Assembly: GCA_965649765.1 (NCBI GenBank)
Contig: OZ287749.1
Location: 21,886,001-21,950,000 of the forward strand
Direction of reading: 5' to 3'
Length of the DNA stretch: 64,000 nucleotides
Origin: Bispira polyomma
Lineage: Eukaryota
In this document: positions 47,877 through 59,300 of the stretch, in pieces
Layout: each line of letters starts with the position of its first letter
How positions within the stretch are numbered: position 1 is the first letter of the stretch
Notes under the pieces: generated by a model
The model's input: the letters and a program-made list of their open reading frames with translations, nothing else
Databases searched by the model: none
Told to the model about the DNA's origin: nothing
Made by a program: the position numbers and the translations under genes

Positions 47877-50349
47877 TGATGGTAAATTGAACTCAGTAGT
47901 TAATCACTGTGATACAAGATCTGTAGATCAATGTACTAATATACCTAACACATCCTATATGTATACTAACCATGTACAGAAGCAGTTATATAACAACTAT
48001 GTGACTAACAGTACACACACAGTGCACTCGACAAAGATAGAGAGTAGCAACTGTGAATGTCATACTATTGATCTATATGCTAGTATGTGTAAAACAATTT
48101 ATGGTGATAGCATATATTATGTAAGGGGCATAAAAGACCCCCATATTACAGGCATATATTGCAACAGACAAACAGACAGCACAAATACTCTTCACAGACT
48201 AAAAACAGACATTCAACATATTTGGCCTGTCATGTACGTCAACACCACAACACTTACAGTCCAACCAAATAATACACGACAACACATACAAAAACTCATG
48301 GACAAAACACACACACTGACAAAAATCAAGAGTACACATTATTACACAGAGATGATTGATAGCATATGTAAAAGAGACATAAGAAACCACTCACGTCAGG
48401 ATACAAATCTTGGGATGGGAAAACACACAATCACACAACATATAACACACAAACAGACAGAACATGCAGTTCTAGACAGTACATCGACTGTTGAGTTAAA
48501 TACTGATGTCATAGATGACGCACAAGCAGTATTAAACAGTTTCATAAATAATGACAAGCATGACGAGATAGGAAAGACAGACAGTACTTCAGACAAACGA
48601 ACAGACGACAATGAGAGAGACTATGGGTTTAAACCAAATGATAATAAATTCACATTTATTGGCCCGGACAGAGAAGCTGTCACTTTAAATGATTACGACA
48701 CGCTGATTAAAGTCGCAGAAATAATAAAAGCTACTGGAGTACCAAATTATCAGAAAGCGAGAATCCCAATAAAAAGCGACCTCAACATACCGAACTGGAA
48801 GAAATATTTAAAAAACTACTGTGATAAAACTTTGATAGAATATTTACAATTTGGTTTCCCTATATCTCTATATGATAGAGACAGGGTCAACGTACAATCA
48901 GTAGATAACCACCATTCGGCCCAAATTTACCCAGATGACATAAACAGCTATTTTGAGACAGAGGTAGAAAGAGGCGCCATACTTGGCCCCATACAAGGCG
49001 ATATACATAAAGAGTGCCACTTCTCACCTTTGCTAACGCGTCCGAAAGACAACAATAAGCGAAGATTAATACTGAACCTTTCACACCCCACGGGTCATTC
49101 AGTAAACGATTGTACTATAAAAAACAGCTATCATGGCACCCCCTTTCAATTGACCTTACCGACAATTGACCAAATTACTACACATTTAAAGACATTAGGA
49201 AGTAAAGGCATGTTAGCGAAGGTCGACATAGCCCACGCGTTTCGAAATTTAAAAATAGATCCTTACGACTCCCTCAAACTAGGTTATCAATGGAATAATA
49301 ACTGTTACTTAGATTTAAGTGTAGCCTTCGGGTTAACACACGGAACGGCCATCTTTATGAAGGCCTCAGACGCAGTAACATATATAATGAAAGGACACGG
49401 CTTTAAAGTATGGAACTACATAGACGATTTTATCATTTGCGAAACTAAAGATAAGGCTACCTTAGCCTATGAATTTCTGCAAAAAATCCTTCGCGAACTA
49501 GGTCTCCCAATTAATGAAAAGAAACTCGTCCCTCCCAGCAAGCGCGTCACCTGCATGGGTATTACAATAGATGTAGATCAGGAAACACTAGGAATAGATG
49601 ACGACAAATTACTTTCTATTTATGGAACATGCACCGAATTTAAAGCGCTAAAGAAAACTAATAAACATAAATACCAGTCACTCCTGGGTAAACTGCTTTA
49701 TGTACACAGGTGCATCAAGCCTGCACGTGTATTTATGAATAGAATGCTGACTTTGCTACGGGAGTCCAAAAGTGACACCAAAATAAAATTAACAGAAGAA
49801 TTCCATAAGGACTTAAAATGGTTCCTAACTTTCCTTCTGGATTATAATGGTAAAACCAAATATAATTTGGATAATGAAAATAAAGAAATAGCATTATATG
49901 TTGACACATGTTTATCGGGAATAGGAGGCGCATGGGGTAAAAATGTCTACAGAGCACCTTTGCCTATGTATATTACTGAAACGTTGACAATCGTACATTT
50001 TGAAATGTTGAGTGTATTCATCGCATTACGATTATGGGGTAAACTCTGGAAAAACAAACAGATCACCATAAAATCGGATAACATGGCAGTGGTTTCTGAT
50101 GTGCAGTCCTCACGTACTAGAGATAAATATCTAAGTTTATGCTTAAGAAACATATGGCTGATATATGCAAAATATAATATAAACATACTAATAGAACACA
50201 TACCAGGAAAATTAAATATACTCGCAGATACCTTGTCTAGATGGCAGGAGCTAGGACCGCAGGCCTATAATATCAGAAGTCTAATAAAAGCAAATTTCAA
50301 ATATACTGACGTGACAACAGACATGTTTATAATGAATAATTTTGTTTAA
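47824..50349 (+). CDS. Reverse transcriptase-RNase H (Ngaro clade), open 841-aa ORF with a long N-terminal extension
   Basis: SPLLTRPK, RRLILNLSHP, AKVDIAHAFR, VAFG, NYIDD, CMGI; RNase H YVDTC, HFEML, SDNMAVV, ADTLSR. True start uncertain. Confidence 0.92.
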   Translation: MENQIPQLQLWNLNIRGNDGKLNSVVNHCDTRSVDQCTNIPNTSYMYTNHVQKQLYNNYVTNSTHTVHSTKIESSNCECHTIDLYASMCKTIYGDSIYYVRGIKDPHITGIYCNRQTDSTNTLHRLKTDIQHIWPVMYVNTTTLTVQPNNTRQHIQKLMDKTHTLTKIKSTHYYTEMIDSICKRDIRNHSRQDTNLGMGKHTITQHITHKQTEHAVLDSTSTVELNTDVIDDAQAVLNSFINNDKHDEIGKTDSTSDKRTDDNERDYGFKPNDNKFTFIGPDREAVTLNDYDTLIKVAEIIKATGVPNYQKARIPIKSDLNIPNWKKYLKNYCDKTLIEYLQFGFPISLYDRDRVNVQSVDNHHSAQIYPDDINSYFETEVERGAILGPIQGDIHKECHFSPLLTRPKDNNKRRLILNLSHPTGHSVNDCTIKNSYHGTPFQLTLPTIDQITTHLKTLGSKGMLAKVDIAHAFRNLKIDPYDSLKLGYQWNNNCYLDLSVAFGLTHGTAIFMKASDAVTYIMKGHGFKVWNYIDDFIICETKDKATLAYEFLQKILRELGLPINEKKLVPPSKRVTCMGITIDVDQETLGIDDDKLLSIYGTCTEFKALKKTNKHKYQSLLGKLLYVHRCIKPARVFMNRMLTLLRESKSDTKIKLTEEFHKDLKWFLTFLLDYNGKTKYNLDNENKEIALYVDTCLSGIGGAWGKNVYRAPLPMYITETLTIVHFEMLSVFIALRLWGKLWKNKQITIKSDNMAVVSDVQSSRTRDKYLSLCLRNIWLIYAKYNINILIEHIPGKLNILADTLSRWQELGPQAYNIRSLIKANFKYTDVTTDMFIMNNFV

Positions 50350-51334
50350 TTTAGGGACATCTGACTCAGCCAGACCATTGCTGGTGAAAGCAGTGAAACG
50401 ACTACAACAGACGCACAGACCTCGGACGCAGAAAGCCTACAATAACCAATTTAGATTGTTCATTGCCTTCATAGTATACTACCGACTACAGGATTCTTTT
50501 AACTTTGCTTCTGTGATTTCTTTCATGGAATACTTACAAGAAAATAACATTTCTTACAAGGTAATTAACAATTACCTCTCAGCCATCAGGTTTAATTGCA
50601 AATTACTTAACGTACTCGACACGGGTCTGTATGACCCCAGAATTGCACTATACCAGAGATCATTAGAAATCAACTCTAAGTTTGCCCCCAAGGTCAAAAG
50701 CATCTTCGACCTGAAACAAATGCAACAAATTTCTATGACATGTGAAACCTTATACTGTCCTGAACTATTCAGGACAGCTTTTCTATTTGCTTATTTCGGA
50801 TTCCTGACAATTTCAAACCTCACTCCCACCTCAGGGGCAAACTTTGATCCTACACGTCACATCACCATCTCTGATTTCATCTTAGTACCACCAGGCATTC
50901 ACCTTATTCTAAAGTGGAGCAAAACAAATCAAACCAGAAACTCACCAAACATCATCCAAGTACCAAAACTTAACAACCCTTGGCTCTGCCCAGTCAGAGC
51001 CTTCACTTCTTTTCAACAAAAATTCTCATTAAAACCACAGAATCTTTTATTGGCAGACCCAGCACAAAAAGGCATATGTGTCTCAGATACAAAACTAAGG
51101 GAACACCTCAGAAGAGTGCTAACTACTTTAAATATTCCTAGAGAAGGCCACTCTTTTCATTGCTTTAGAAGGTCAGGGGCATCCCTGGTCTTCAACAATA
51201 ATATAAAGCTACAACACATACAAAAACACGGATGCTGGAAATCTGACGCTGTTTGGTCATACTTAGAATCAACTTCCCATGCCTCATCTATCATTCCTTC
51301 TACTTTTGCCGCCATCATACCTCCTTCCCTGTAA
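50342..51334 (+). CDS. Tyrosine recombinase of the host element (no ATG start; probable exon start 50355; first catalytic Arg replaced by Thr)
   Basis: RPRTQKAY, YFGFLTISNL (R expected at T), KWSKTNQ, LCPVRA, HCFRRSGA, HGCWKSDAVWSY. Confidence 0.9.
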   Translation: MFNLGTSDSARPLLVKAVKRLQQTHRPRTQKAYNNQFRLFIAFIVYYRLQDSFNFASVISFMEYLQENNISYKVINNYLSAIRFNCKLLNVLDTGLYDPRIALYQRSLEINSKFAPKVKSIFDLKQMQQISMTCETLYCPELFRTAFLFAYFGFLTISNLTPTSGANFDPTRHITISDFILVPPGIHLILKWSKTNQTRNSPNIIQVPKLNNPWLCPVRAFTSFQQKFSLKPQNLLLADPAQKGICVSDTKLREHLRRVLTTLNIPREGHSFHCFRRSGASLVFNNNIKLQHIQKHGCWKSDAVWSYLESTSHASSIIPSTFAAIIPPSL

Positions 51335-51343
51335 TTTGGGCTT

Positions 51344-51542
51344 TGGCATTCCTTTTTTAATTTTAACATGGCTTAAAATTTGTGTACAGATGTATATAGA
51401 GGCAAAAACTTTATGCCTTAAAATAAATATCCCAAACAGAGTCAGAGCCTTTTCCAACATCCAAGGTCAACCATCCACTGATCACTCATCAGAGTTAACC
51501 ATACCTGACTTGAAGGTCACACTCATAGGCTTGTGACATAGA
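51344..51542 (+). repeat. Repeat B1
   Basis: Direct repeat of 51974-52172. Confidence 0.95.
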
Positions 51543-51545
51543 TGG

Positions 51546-51799
51546 TAGCAGTCACTGCAGGCACGGCATGACCCTTCAGTCGAGGGCACAATAAAACACC
51601 TTTACTCCCTAGCTAGCTATGCTAAGCACAATATCACACGTTTACATCAGTCCACTTAACAAATGTTTATAAGTTAGGACCCAATCAGGCATGACCTGCA
51701 CAACCAATAAAAAATTATTTACCTCAAAGTTTTTCCCGCCTTTCCCATTGTGGGCTCACAAATTAGCTAGACACACAAGAGCTAGCATACAAAAAGTTA
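51546..51799 (+). repeat. Repeat A2 (intact)
   Basis: Contiguous copy of the two A1 halves, joined at a single CAG (51648-51650). Confidence 0.95.
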
Positions 51800-51973
51800 C
51801 CCACCTCACCTCACCCCTTTAATACATGAGTTCTAGTAATCTATGTGATAGGGTGACGTTATTTTATTATAGGGGTTTGTATTATCCCCAATTGGTTATT
51901 TTATTATGACTTGTGTTTGTAGGGTTGTATGTTCGCCCTAACATTCTTTGTATATTTTTTTTTATTGCCATAA

Positions 51974-52172
51974 TGGCATTCCTTTTTTAATTTTAACATG
52001 GCTTAAAATTTGTGTACAGATGTATATAGAGGCAAAAACTTTATGCCTTAAAATAAATATCCCAAACAGAGTCAGAGCCTTTTCCAACATCCAAGGTCAA
52101 CCATCCACTGATCACGCATCAGAGTTAACCTTACCTGACTTGAAGGTCACACTCATAGGCTTGTGACATAGA
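51974..52172 (+). repeat. Repeat B2
   Basis: Direct repeat of B1; host duplicated sequence resumes at 52173. Confidence 0.95.
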
Positions 52173-53169
52173 CTGCTTCTGATATTTACCCTTACAGCTA
52201 TTTATGTGTTACAAGAATGAGCATCTCCTCTAAACTGTAGTGGCGTCATTATTACTATTTTGTTTGTATCTGCTAAAAGAAAGAGTTGGTAAAGTTTTCC
52301 CAAGCCCTGACCCCCTCTTAGTTTTGATTAACCCTGTCTTTTACTACCAAAATGACTTTCTCAAATGTTTTCTCTCTCTTTTACACACCCTTTGCCCATC
52401 ATGTCACACTTTTGTTCGGCCAAGAAAAACCAATGAAAGGAATAAAGGTTAAAAGAGCGTTCTTTATGGATGATAGGCAACTCAATTTTTTGGCAGCATT
52501 TAAAACTGTCAGGATAGATAATGGGGATGAAAACATTGCATAAAGAGAGGGAGTTTGTGTTTATATAAACAGAGAGAGAGGACTGAAATATCAACACAGA
52601 CTGACTGGGATGTATATATAGAGTCCCCTAATGTATAGGTTAGGGTCCTTAAAATACAGTTGATACAGCTGTCGAGACCCCAATAAGCACCCAGCAACTG
52701 TACTCTACTTTAAAATAGTTAACATTTAACAAGAGCAATAACCTACTTAAATTACATACCAACAGTTATATATAATGTTAATAAAATCTGATACTATATA
52801 CAGGTAAAAACCCTTGAAGTCGCACCTCAAGGGACCATGAAAAATACCTCTACTTTAGCAGAATTTCCACTTAACAGGGTAGATTTGACAAGACAATATC
52901 TCAATGGGACTACATATTTTTCTTTACATAAAGGGAAAATTTACTTAACAAAGTTCTATTTCACTATATATTATATCCTATCCCTTTTATGGTTCTTTTT
53001 ACTGAAATAAATAAGTCCAGACTCTTTGAAAGAAAATAGAAAAGTACACTTACTACAAGGGAAAAATCCCCAGACATAGTTTGAAGAGAGGGAGAAATGC
53101 GATACTAAACAATCAAAAAACATCCAATTTGAATTGTCCAATGGCTTTTAAATTGTGTTCAGATTACAG

Positions 53170-53385
53170 TAGAACCCTAGCCATGCTGCCACATACAGCG
53201 CACAAAGATGAACACCCATTAGCGGCCAGGTACTCATTTATACACCTAGGTAGACAGGGACAACTTTGTGTAAAGCACCTTGTCCAAGGGTACAATCTCG
53301 AAGCCTGCAACGAGGAGGGAAACAGGGCTCTGAAATCACTTAGATCCAAAGTCAACACTCTAACCATTAGGCCACAGACACCTCT
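53170..53385 (-). mobile_element. tRNA-derived CORE-like SINE (paralogue at ~62290-62500)
   Basis: Minus strand tggcctaatggttagagtgttgac head, then CORE-like gtacccttggacaaggtgctttac...aggtgtataaatgagtacc. Confidence 0.65.
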
Positions 53386-56300
53386 GATTTTGAAGGAATA
53401 AGTTGTTTAGATAATTAAAATAAGCTAGTTTTGTGAGATCGTGAGAAAAATAGCATTGGTCGCATTGTTTGTCTCAAAGAACGAGTTGTACATTTTTGAG
53501 TTATTGGCAAGTGTGAACACAACCGACCAGTGTGATTCGTAAGTCCCATAGATCACTGGAAAGTTGTTAGTAAAGGTCAAGAAAGTGGGACGCACTCTTT
53601 ATAAAATGGCCATTTAAAGTGATCAAACAACAGACAGCAAACAATACAGCTGTTTAAAACAGTCATGCACCTAAAATATTCAAAACACGAAGGGTGACCA
53701 TTCATTATTTACCTTCTCTAATTGTCCAATAAGAGGTAAAGAGGTAAATTACTGTATTAGAAGTTTGCATGATCTTGGAAAAGACAGAAACACTTCCACC
53801 TTATAGTCATTATTAATAGTAACAGCACCAATTTGACTGAAAGCATCTTGGTATACAAATCAGAGGTCCAATCCTCAAATTGCCTAGGTAATCTTTTTAA
53901 TTTAGGTTCACATTTAATTAGTATACACAAGGATTAAATTAAAGCCAAAATTATAGCTCATTGTGTCAAATTGTAAATCACAAGAGCTTATTTGCAATGG
54001 CTGTATTTTTATATAAATTTAATTTAAAGTTAATAGATTTTTGTCTAATTTTGTCACCACTTAAAGCATGTTTTACAACCATCTCAGGGGAGGAATGGAG
54101 TGGAATGTGTCACAATATTTGTGGATCATCCTTTAATTTAACGAGCAAATGGGTCTTTCTTACTTGTGTTAATGCTTACTACTTTGAGAGGCTTAAGGAA
54201 AATGGCTCAAGACATTGAAAGAGCCAATTTCATTCAATCAAAACAGAAAAAAACATGGTTTTAACCTCGTATTTATCAATTAAAGTTAAAGAAATATATG
54301 ATTAGATCTCAGCTTCTTTTTTCTAAAACAAGATTTCACAAATAAAAAAAAACACCTTTTAGAGTCATCCTACAATAAGGCTATAAAGATTTAACATCTT
54401 TGATGTATTCAACGTCATAACATAGTTTTAAAACTTAAGATGTTTGTCTAAAATAGCTAAGACTGCTTTATGTTAAGATATTTGAATCATGCCACTAGAA
54501 CAAAGACAACATCATAATAATCGTGAGAGATATTAAAATGTGTGATATTAAATTTCAGAAAATAGTATCTTGCAAAACTACCGGCAGAAGTAGTTTTGGC
54601 CAAGACAATTTACAATTATGCAGCTGCTGCGGTGTTTAAGGACAAGGGTTACTGGTTTTGCCCAGTTAACACATTAGCGGGAAGGGGCAATATCAGAAGG
54701 TATTGTAATTTGTCATTCCAACTGTCATACCAGCTGATCCATCTAGAGAGGAAAGTTTTACAGACTTTCAACAGAGTTACAGCAGTTATATGAAAATAGT
54801 CGAAAAAGGACTTTTTCACCTTTGTGAAACAGAAGTTTTTAAGGGTTGATGCAAAACTTCTGCCTGGCATAACAGACTGTAGATGATTTGGAACGAAGCT
54901 GAATTTAGTGGCCTGCATAACACAATAGTGTGAACCCCACATTAGGTAATATGTATAAGAAGATGTTGCAGTTCTTACAGAATAAAAACCCAACAAATTC
55001 CAGCAATTCCATGTGCACTCATTTATTAGGATCACTGACATTCCTAAAATCCCTTTTAACTGAGATTTTTTGTATGAATCACATGAACAAAGAAATCCTA
55101 GACAAAAAGCATTAAATTTTTGTCATAGCATAGCATTGTATACAAAACTATAACACACTGTTCTAATACATCTCTGTTAGACAATAACTTGTGATTATAC
55201 CAAACTTTTCACCATAGCCTGTTTTTATTCATATGTTAGTAAAGATGGTGTAGTTCATCATTTTCTCATTTCCATACATATTAATAAACCTATGGAAATA
55301 CAATACAAGATGACTCTGTTGTACTGTTATGATAGGCTACTCAACTTATTATGAAATTTTAAATTTTCTATGATGTGGCTTATGTAACTAATGGATCTTG
55401 CAGGGCAGAATTCTCTTTTCCTAATTCTCCTTTAGTTGCAAATAAATCTAAAAATTAATTCCCAAATTGCACAGAGATTACAACAACATTGCCATTTCTA
55501 AGAAACAGATGAAAAGTTTATTGTTGTATTTGCGATAAGACCAACTTAAAGATGTGATAAAGTTGAGATAACTGATTAGTCTAACATTGTACATAAAAAC
55601 TATTGTGCAGTCATATTGTGCAGAAATATATTGCCATTTACTATTTAATTTGGGTTAAAAATCCATCAATATAATTTGAAAATTATTTTGACTAAACATT
55701 TGCTGGAAACCAAATGATGCACAAAAAAATTAATATCTAGAAGGACTTTCAACAGAGTATATACCTCCGCCAAGGGACCACAGTGCCAAAAAGTGAAAAT
55801 AATTCTACCGGGATCTGATCCAGGATTGATTAGATTCTGGTTTATGCCCGACCCCTGCACCAAATTACCAGTTGTTATTTTGTTCAATCCTATTGACAAA
55901 CAAACAATCAAATCAATCAATGGAACCGGTATAAAGCATGACCTGGTTTAGGTAATCACATATAAGTAACCACCAATTGATTTCACCACACATAACATAT
56001 CAGTGGATATTATAGAACTCAAACACTGCATACCAACACTCAAAGTCCTGCACTAGCATGATACTCATCCTAAAATGTTGTGGTGTAATTTTTGTTCTTT
56101 TGATATTGTTCTTACATATATTTTAGAATAATTTTAACACCTGTTTACTAAACATGAGACATAATGGCCTATACAAGTTTCAATGTAGCTAAATTAAGCC
56201 TAAAACTACCAGTATGTATGCAACAGCAAAACGTCTGTTAAAAACTCACTATGTATGTATCACATATGCATATTTGTCCATTCTGTGATTTATTCTATAC

Positions 56301-59300
56301 TTAAACTGATTTTATGCACTGTGTAACGTAACAAAATGCCCCTGTACTTTTTCCACGGACCATGTACAATCTGTATGATTTCTACGCAATGTAATTTACA
56401 CATGCATGCAGTGACTTTAAGTCCTATACTTTATTTTGAAACCTTTTCTTGTATACATGTGTATGCATATGTAACTCAAGTGTGATGAGTATTGAGCTGA
56501 AAGAAGCTGGTCAAGTTTAGAAGCAGTTGACATCTCCATCGGATAAAAAAGAGATCGCGCGGGCTTCTTTGCAGTAATCATGCATCACACGAGTGGGACA
56601 AGCCATTGCTGAAATTTCTAAATTTTTGCTATAAGCTACAGTAAGCTGCAAAAGATCACAATACTAGAGTCAAGTTGACCATGCATCACCATCGCAAAAA
56701 TCACAAATACGCTGAATACGGATTGCCCTTGTCAATACCAAATTAGACCCCATGGAAGCTATAAAAAAACAAGCAAAATATTCTGACAAATTTTAAAAAT
56801 ATTTCTTCCTGATCAGCTGAATTTGAAGTAATAGGTACTTGAGATAATTAAAATAAGCTTGTTTTGTGAGATTGTAAAAAAGAAATTGCATTAGTCACAT
56901 TATTATTCGCCAGAGAATGAGTTGTGGTTGAGTTATGGGTGAGTGTGAGTTGTAGGTCCTATAGATCGCTGAAAAGTCACTGGATAAGGTCATGAAAGTG
57001 GGACACACCCCTGTATAAGATGGCCAATTTAAGTGATCAGATAACAAACAATATATCAACTGCAACATGATGTAAAGTAAACAATACAGTTGTTTGAAAC
57101 AGTCATGTAATTCATTTATTCAAAACACGAAGGAAGATCATTCATTATTCACTGAGTTTTATTTGTCCCATAAGAGGTAAAAAAAACTGTACTAGAAGTT
57201 TGCATGACCTTGGAGAAGACTAAAACACTTCCACCTTGTTTTGCAACCACTATTATTAATAGTAACAGCACCAATTAACTGAAAGCCTCATGGCATGCAA
57301 ATCAGAAGCCAGGTCCCCAAAGAGAAGAATTTGCCTAGTTGCCTCTTATAACTTAGGTTCACATTTAATTGGTATACACAAAGATTAAATTACAGCCAAC
57401 ATGAAACCTTATCCTGTCTCAAATTGTAAATTTTGAGAGCTTGGTTAAAAGAAAATAGAAAGGCAATGTTTTTATATAAATCTAATTTAAAGTTTATTGT
57501 ATTTTGTCTAATTTTGCCACCACTTAGACAATGTTTTACAAACATCCCATTAAAAACAAATGCAGTGTCACAATATATGTGGATCATCCTTTTATTTAAC
57601 AACCAAATGTGTCTTTCTTACTTGCGTTGGTGTTTACTGTTTAGAGAGATTTAAGGAAATTGCCTGGAAAAAATCTCTATTAAAAGAGCCACTTTCATTC
57701 AGTTATAAACAGAGAAAGAAAATCTTCAGTTTAGTTTAGCTTTAGGATGGTCTCACCTTATATTTACCAATAAAAGTTCAAATGATATTTTCTCTTTATT
57801 TAAGCTTTCTTCGAAAAAGTTATTAAAAAGAAATATAAACTCTTTCGATCATACCAAAAATGCCAACATAACAGGTTGTCATAAAATAGCAATACTTTTT
57901 ACAGTACCCCCAAAATAGTGCAATTTTAAACCAAGATGAAAATGGGGAATGTCCCCTGTATTGTAATTCTTTATTGGGATACTTTGTATTCCTTTTAGGC
58001 AATTCTCTGGGAGATAATGTGCAAGCTTAACCAGATCCAGCTAAAATATTTTTTGTGCTGGTGTGTGTGTGGATCGGTGTCTCTGTGTGAGTCCTTGAAA
58101 CACTTAAAACTCTTCACTTTTGTCAAGTTAGCTTGTTGCATAGAAGAGATTCCACAACTTGCAGAGATTAAGGTTGATTTTGTTATGGAATATAGTGTAA
58201 ACAATTAGTATGTGTTTAAACTATATATATATTTGCAATAGTGTAAAATATAATCAAACACAAGCCAGTTTATGTGCATAGGGAAACAATTATTAAAAGT
58301 GTTGATGTAAACAACAAAAACCTTATTGTACAATTGCATCTTTATCTTTGTGTAAAATGGTTAGATCTCAGCTTCTTTTTTCTATAAGAAGATTTTGCAA
58401 ATAAAAAATCCCTTTCGGCGTCATCCTACAATAAGGCTACAATCTTCAGAGGAAAATCATGTGTTCATATACCATCTTTGACTTAGTCTATGTCAGTATT
58501 AACCTAGCCATTCCAATATGCAAGTGTTTTTTTATTATATTACACTGTGTTTTTTTATGGTTTGTATCTTTCAAAGCGCAATATCAAAATAGAAAAACAT
58601 TGGATAGTTCAAAAACATAGCCAAGTCGTAAGTAAGGATGTAGTGCTAAAAAATTAAAATGACTACAGCTTTCAATTTAAAATCAATGTAACACTTGAAT
58701 TACGGTGAATTGTTATCAACCCACATACATTGATAAAAAACCATGGTTAGCTTCAGATTTTTATAAATTCACAAATGCAGTATGCACTCCTGGGAAATGT
58801 GGCATTATTAAAGGGCTTCAAATATAATCATTGAGAGCTAAAAATAAAAAAAAATCAGAGTTGAAAAAACCTGGTGACAGCTTGGGGATTTATTGTGCTA
58901 TAGGAAATAGTAATTTAATGAAAGGATTATATTCCAAACCCATCGAATCTGCAGCATTTTTTAAAAGTGGGTGGTATTTTTTCTTTAAAAAAACATGATA
59001 CATGCCAACTTGATTGCAATCTGTATCAGTATTAACCTAGCCATTCTAATATACAGGAAGCTTGTTTTATTGTATTACATTGTGTTTGGCATCTTCTAAA
59101 GCACAATATCAAATTACCTAGGATGGGTATGTAAGTTAAAAAGGTGAGACTTAAGTTTTCTCCAAAAACCAAGAAGTGTTTGTTGTAATCTCAGCTCAAC
59201 TAGGAGGTTATTCCTTAACATGGGTGCAGCGACTGGACAAAGCCCTAGATCCAGTCTTTCTCATGGGTCTGACAGAAGAAGCATAGAGTCTGTTGCCTCT

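Larger units (their letters stand above)
41871..52172 (+). mobile_element. Ngaro-type YR retrotransposon ('host' element) with split direct repeats A1-gag-RT/RH-YR-B1-A2-spacer-B2; A1 interrupted by a nested element
   Basis: A1 = 41871-41975 + 46162-46310; A2 = 51546-51799 (2 mismatches in 254 bp). B1 = 51344-51542; B2 = 51974-52172 (2 mismatches in 199 bp). Joined flanks resemble the empty paralogous site at ~61150-61190. Confidence 0.93.
29290..54415 (+). repeat. Unit 1 of a ~9-kb tandem segmental duplication (expanded by the DIRS and Ngaro insertions)
   Basis: Colinear with 54415-64000: 29290~54420, 30020~54905, 31900~56920, 34580~59763, 40345~60013, 52220~61215. Confidence 0.85.

Noticed and set aside
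51279-52166. Near-identical small ORFs 51279-51536 and 51948-52166
   Set aside because: They are translations of the non-coding B1 and B2 repeats.
41871-52172. A single bidirectional element with two RT-YR cassettes
   Set aside because: A1 is split exactly at a CAG that is single in A2, so nested insertion of an independent element explains the layout more simply.
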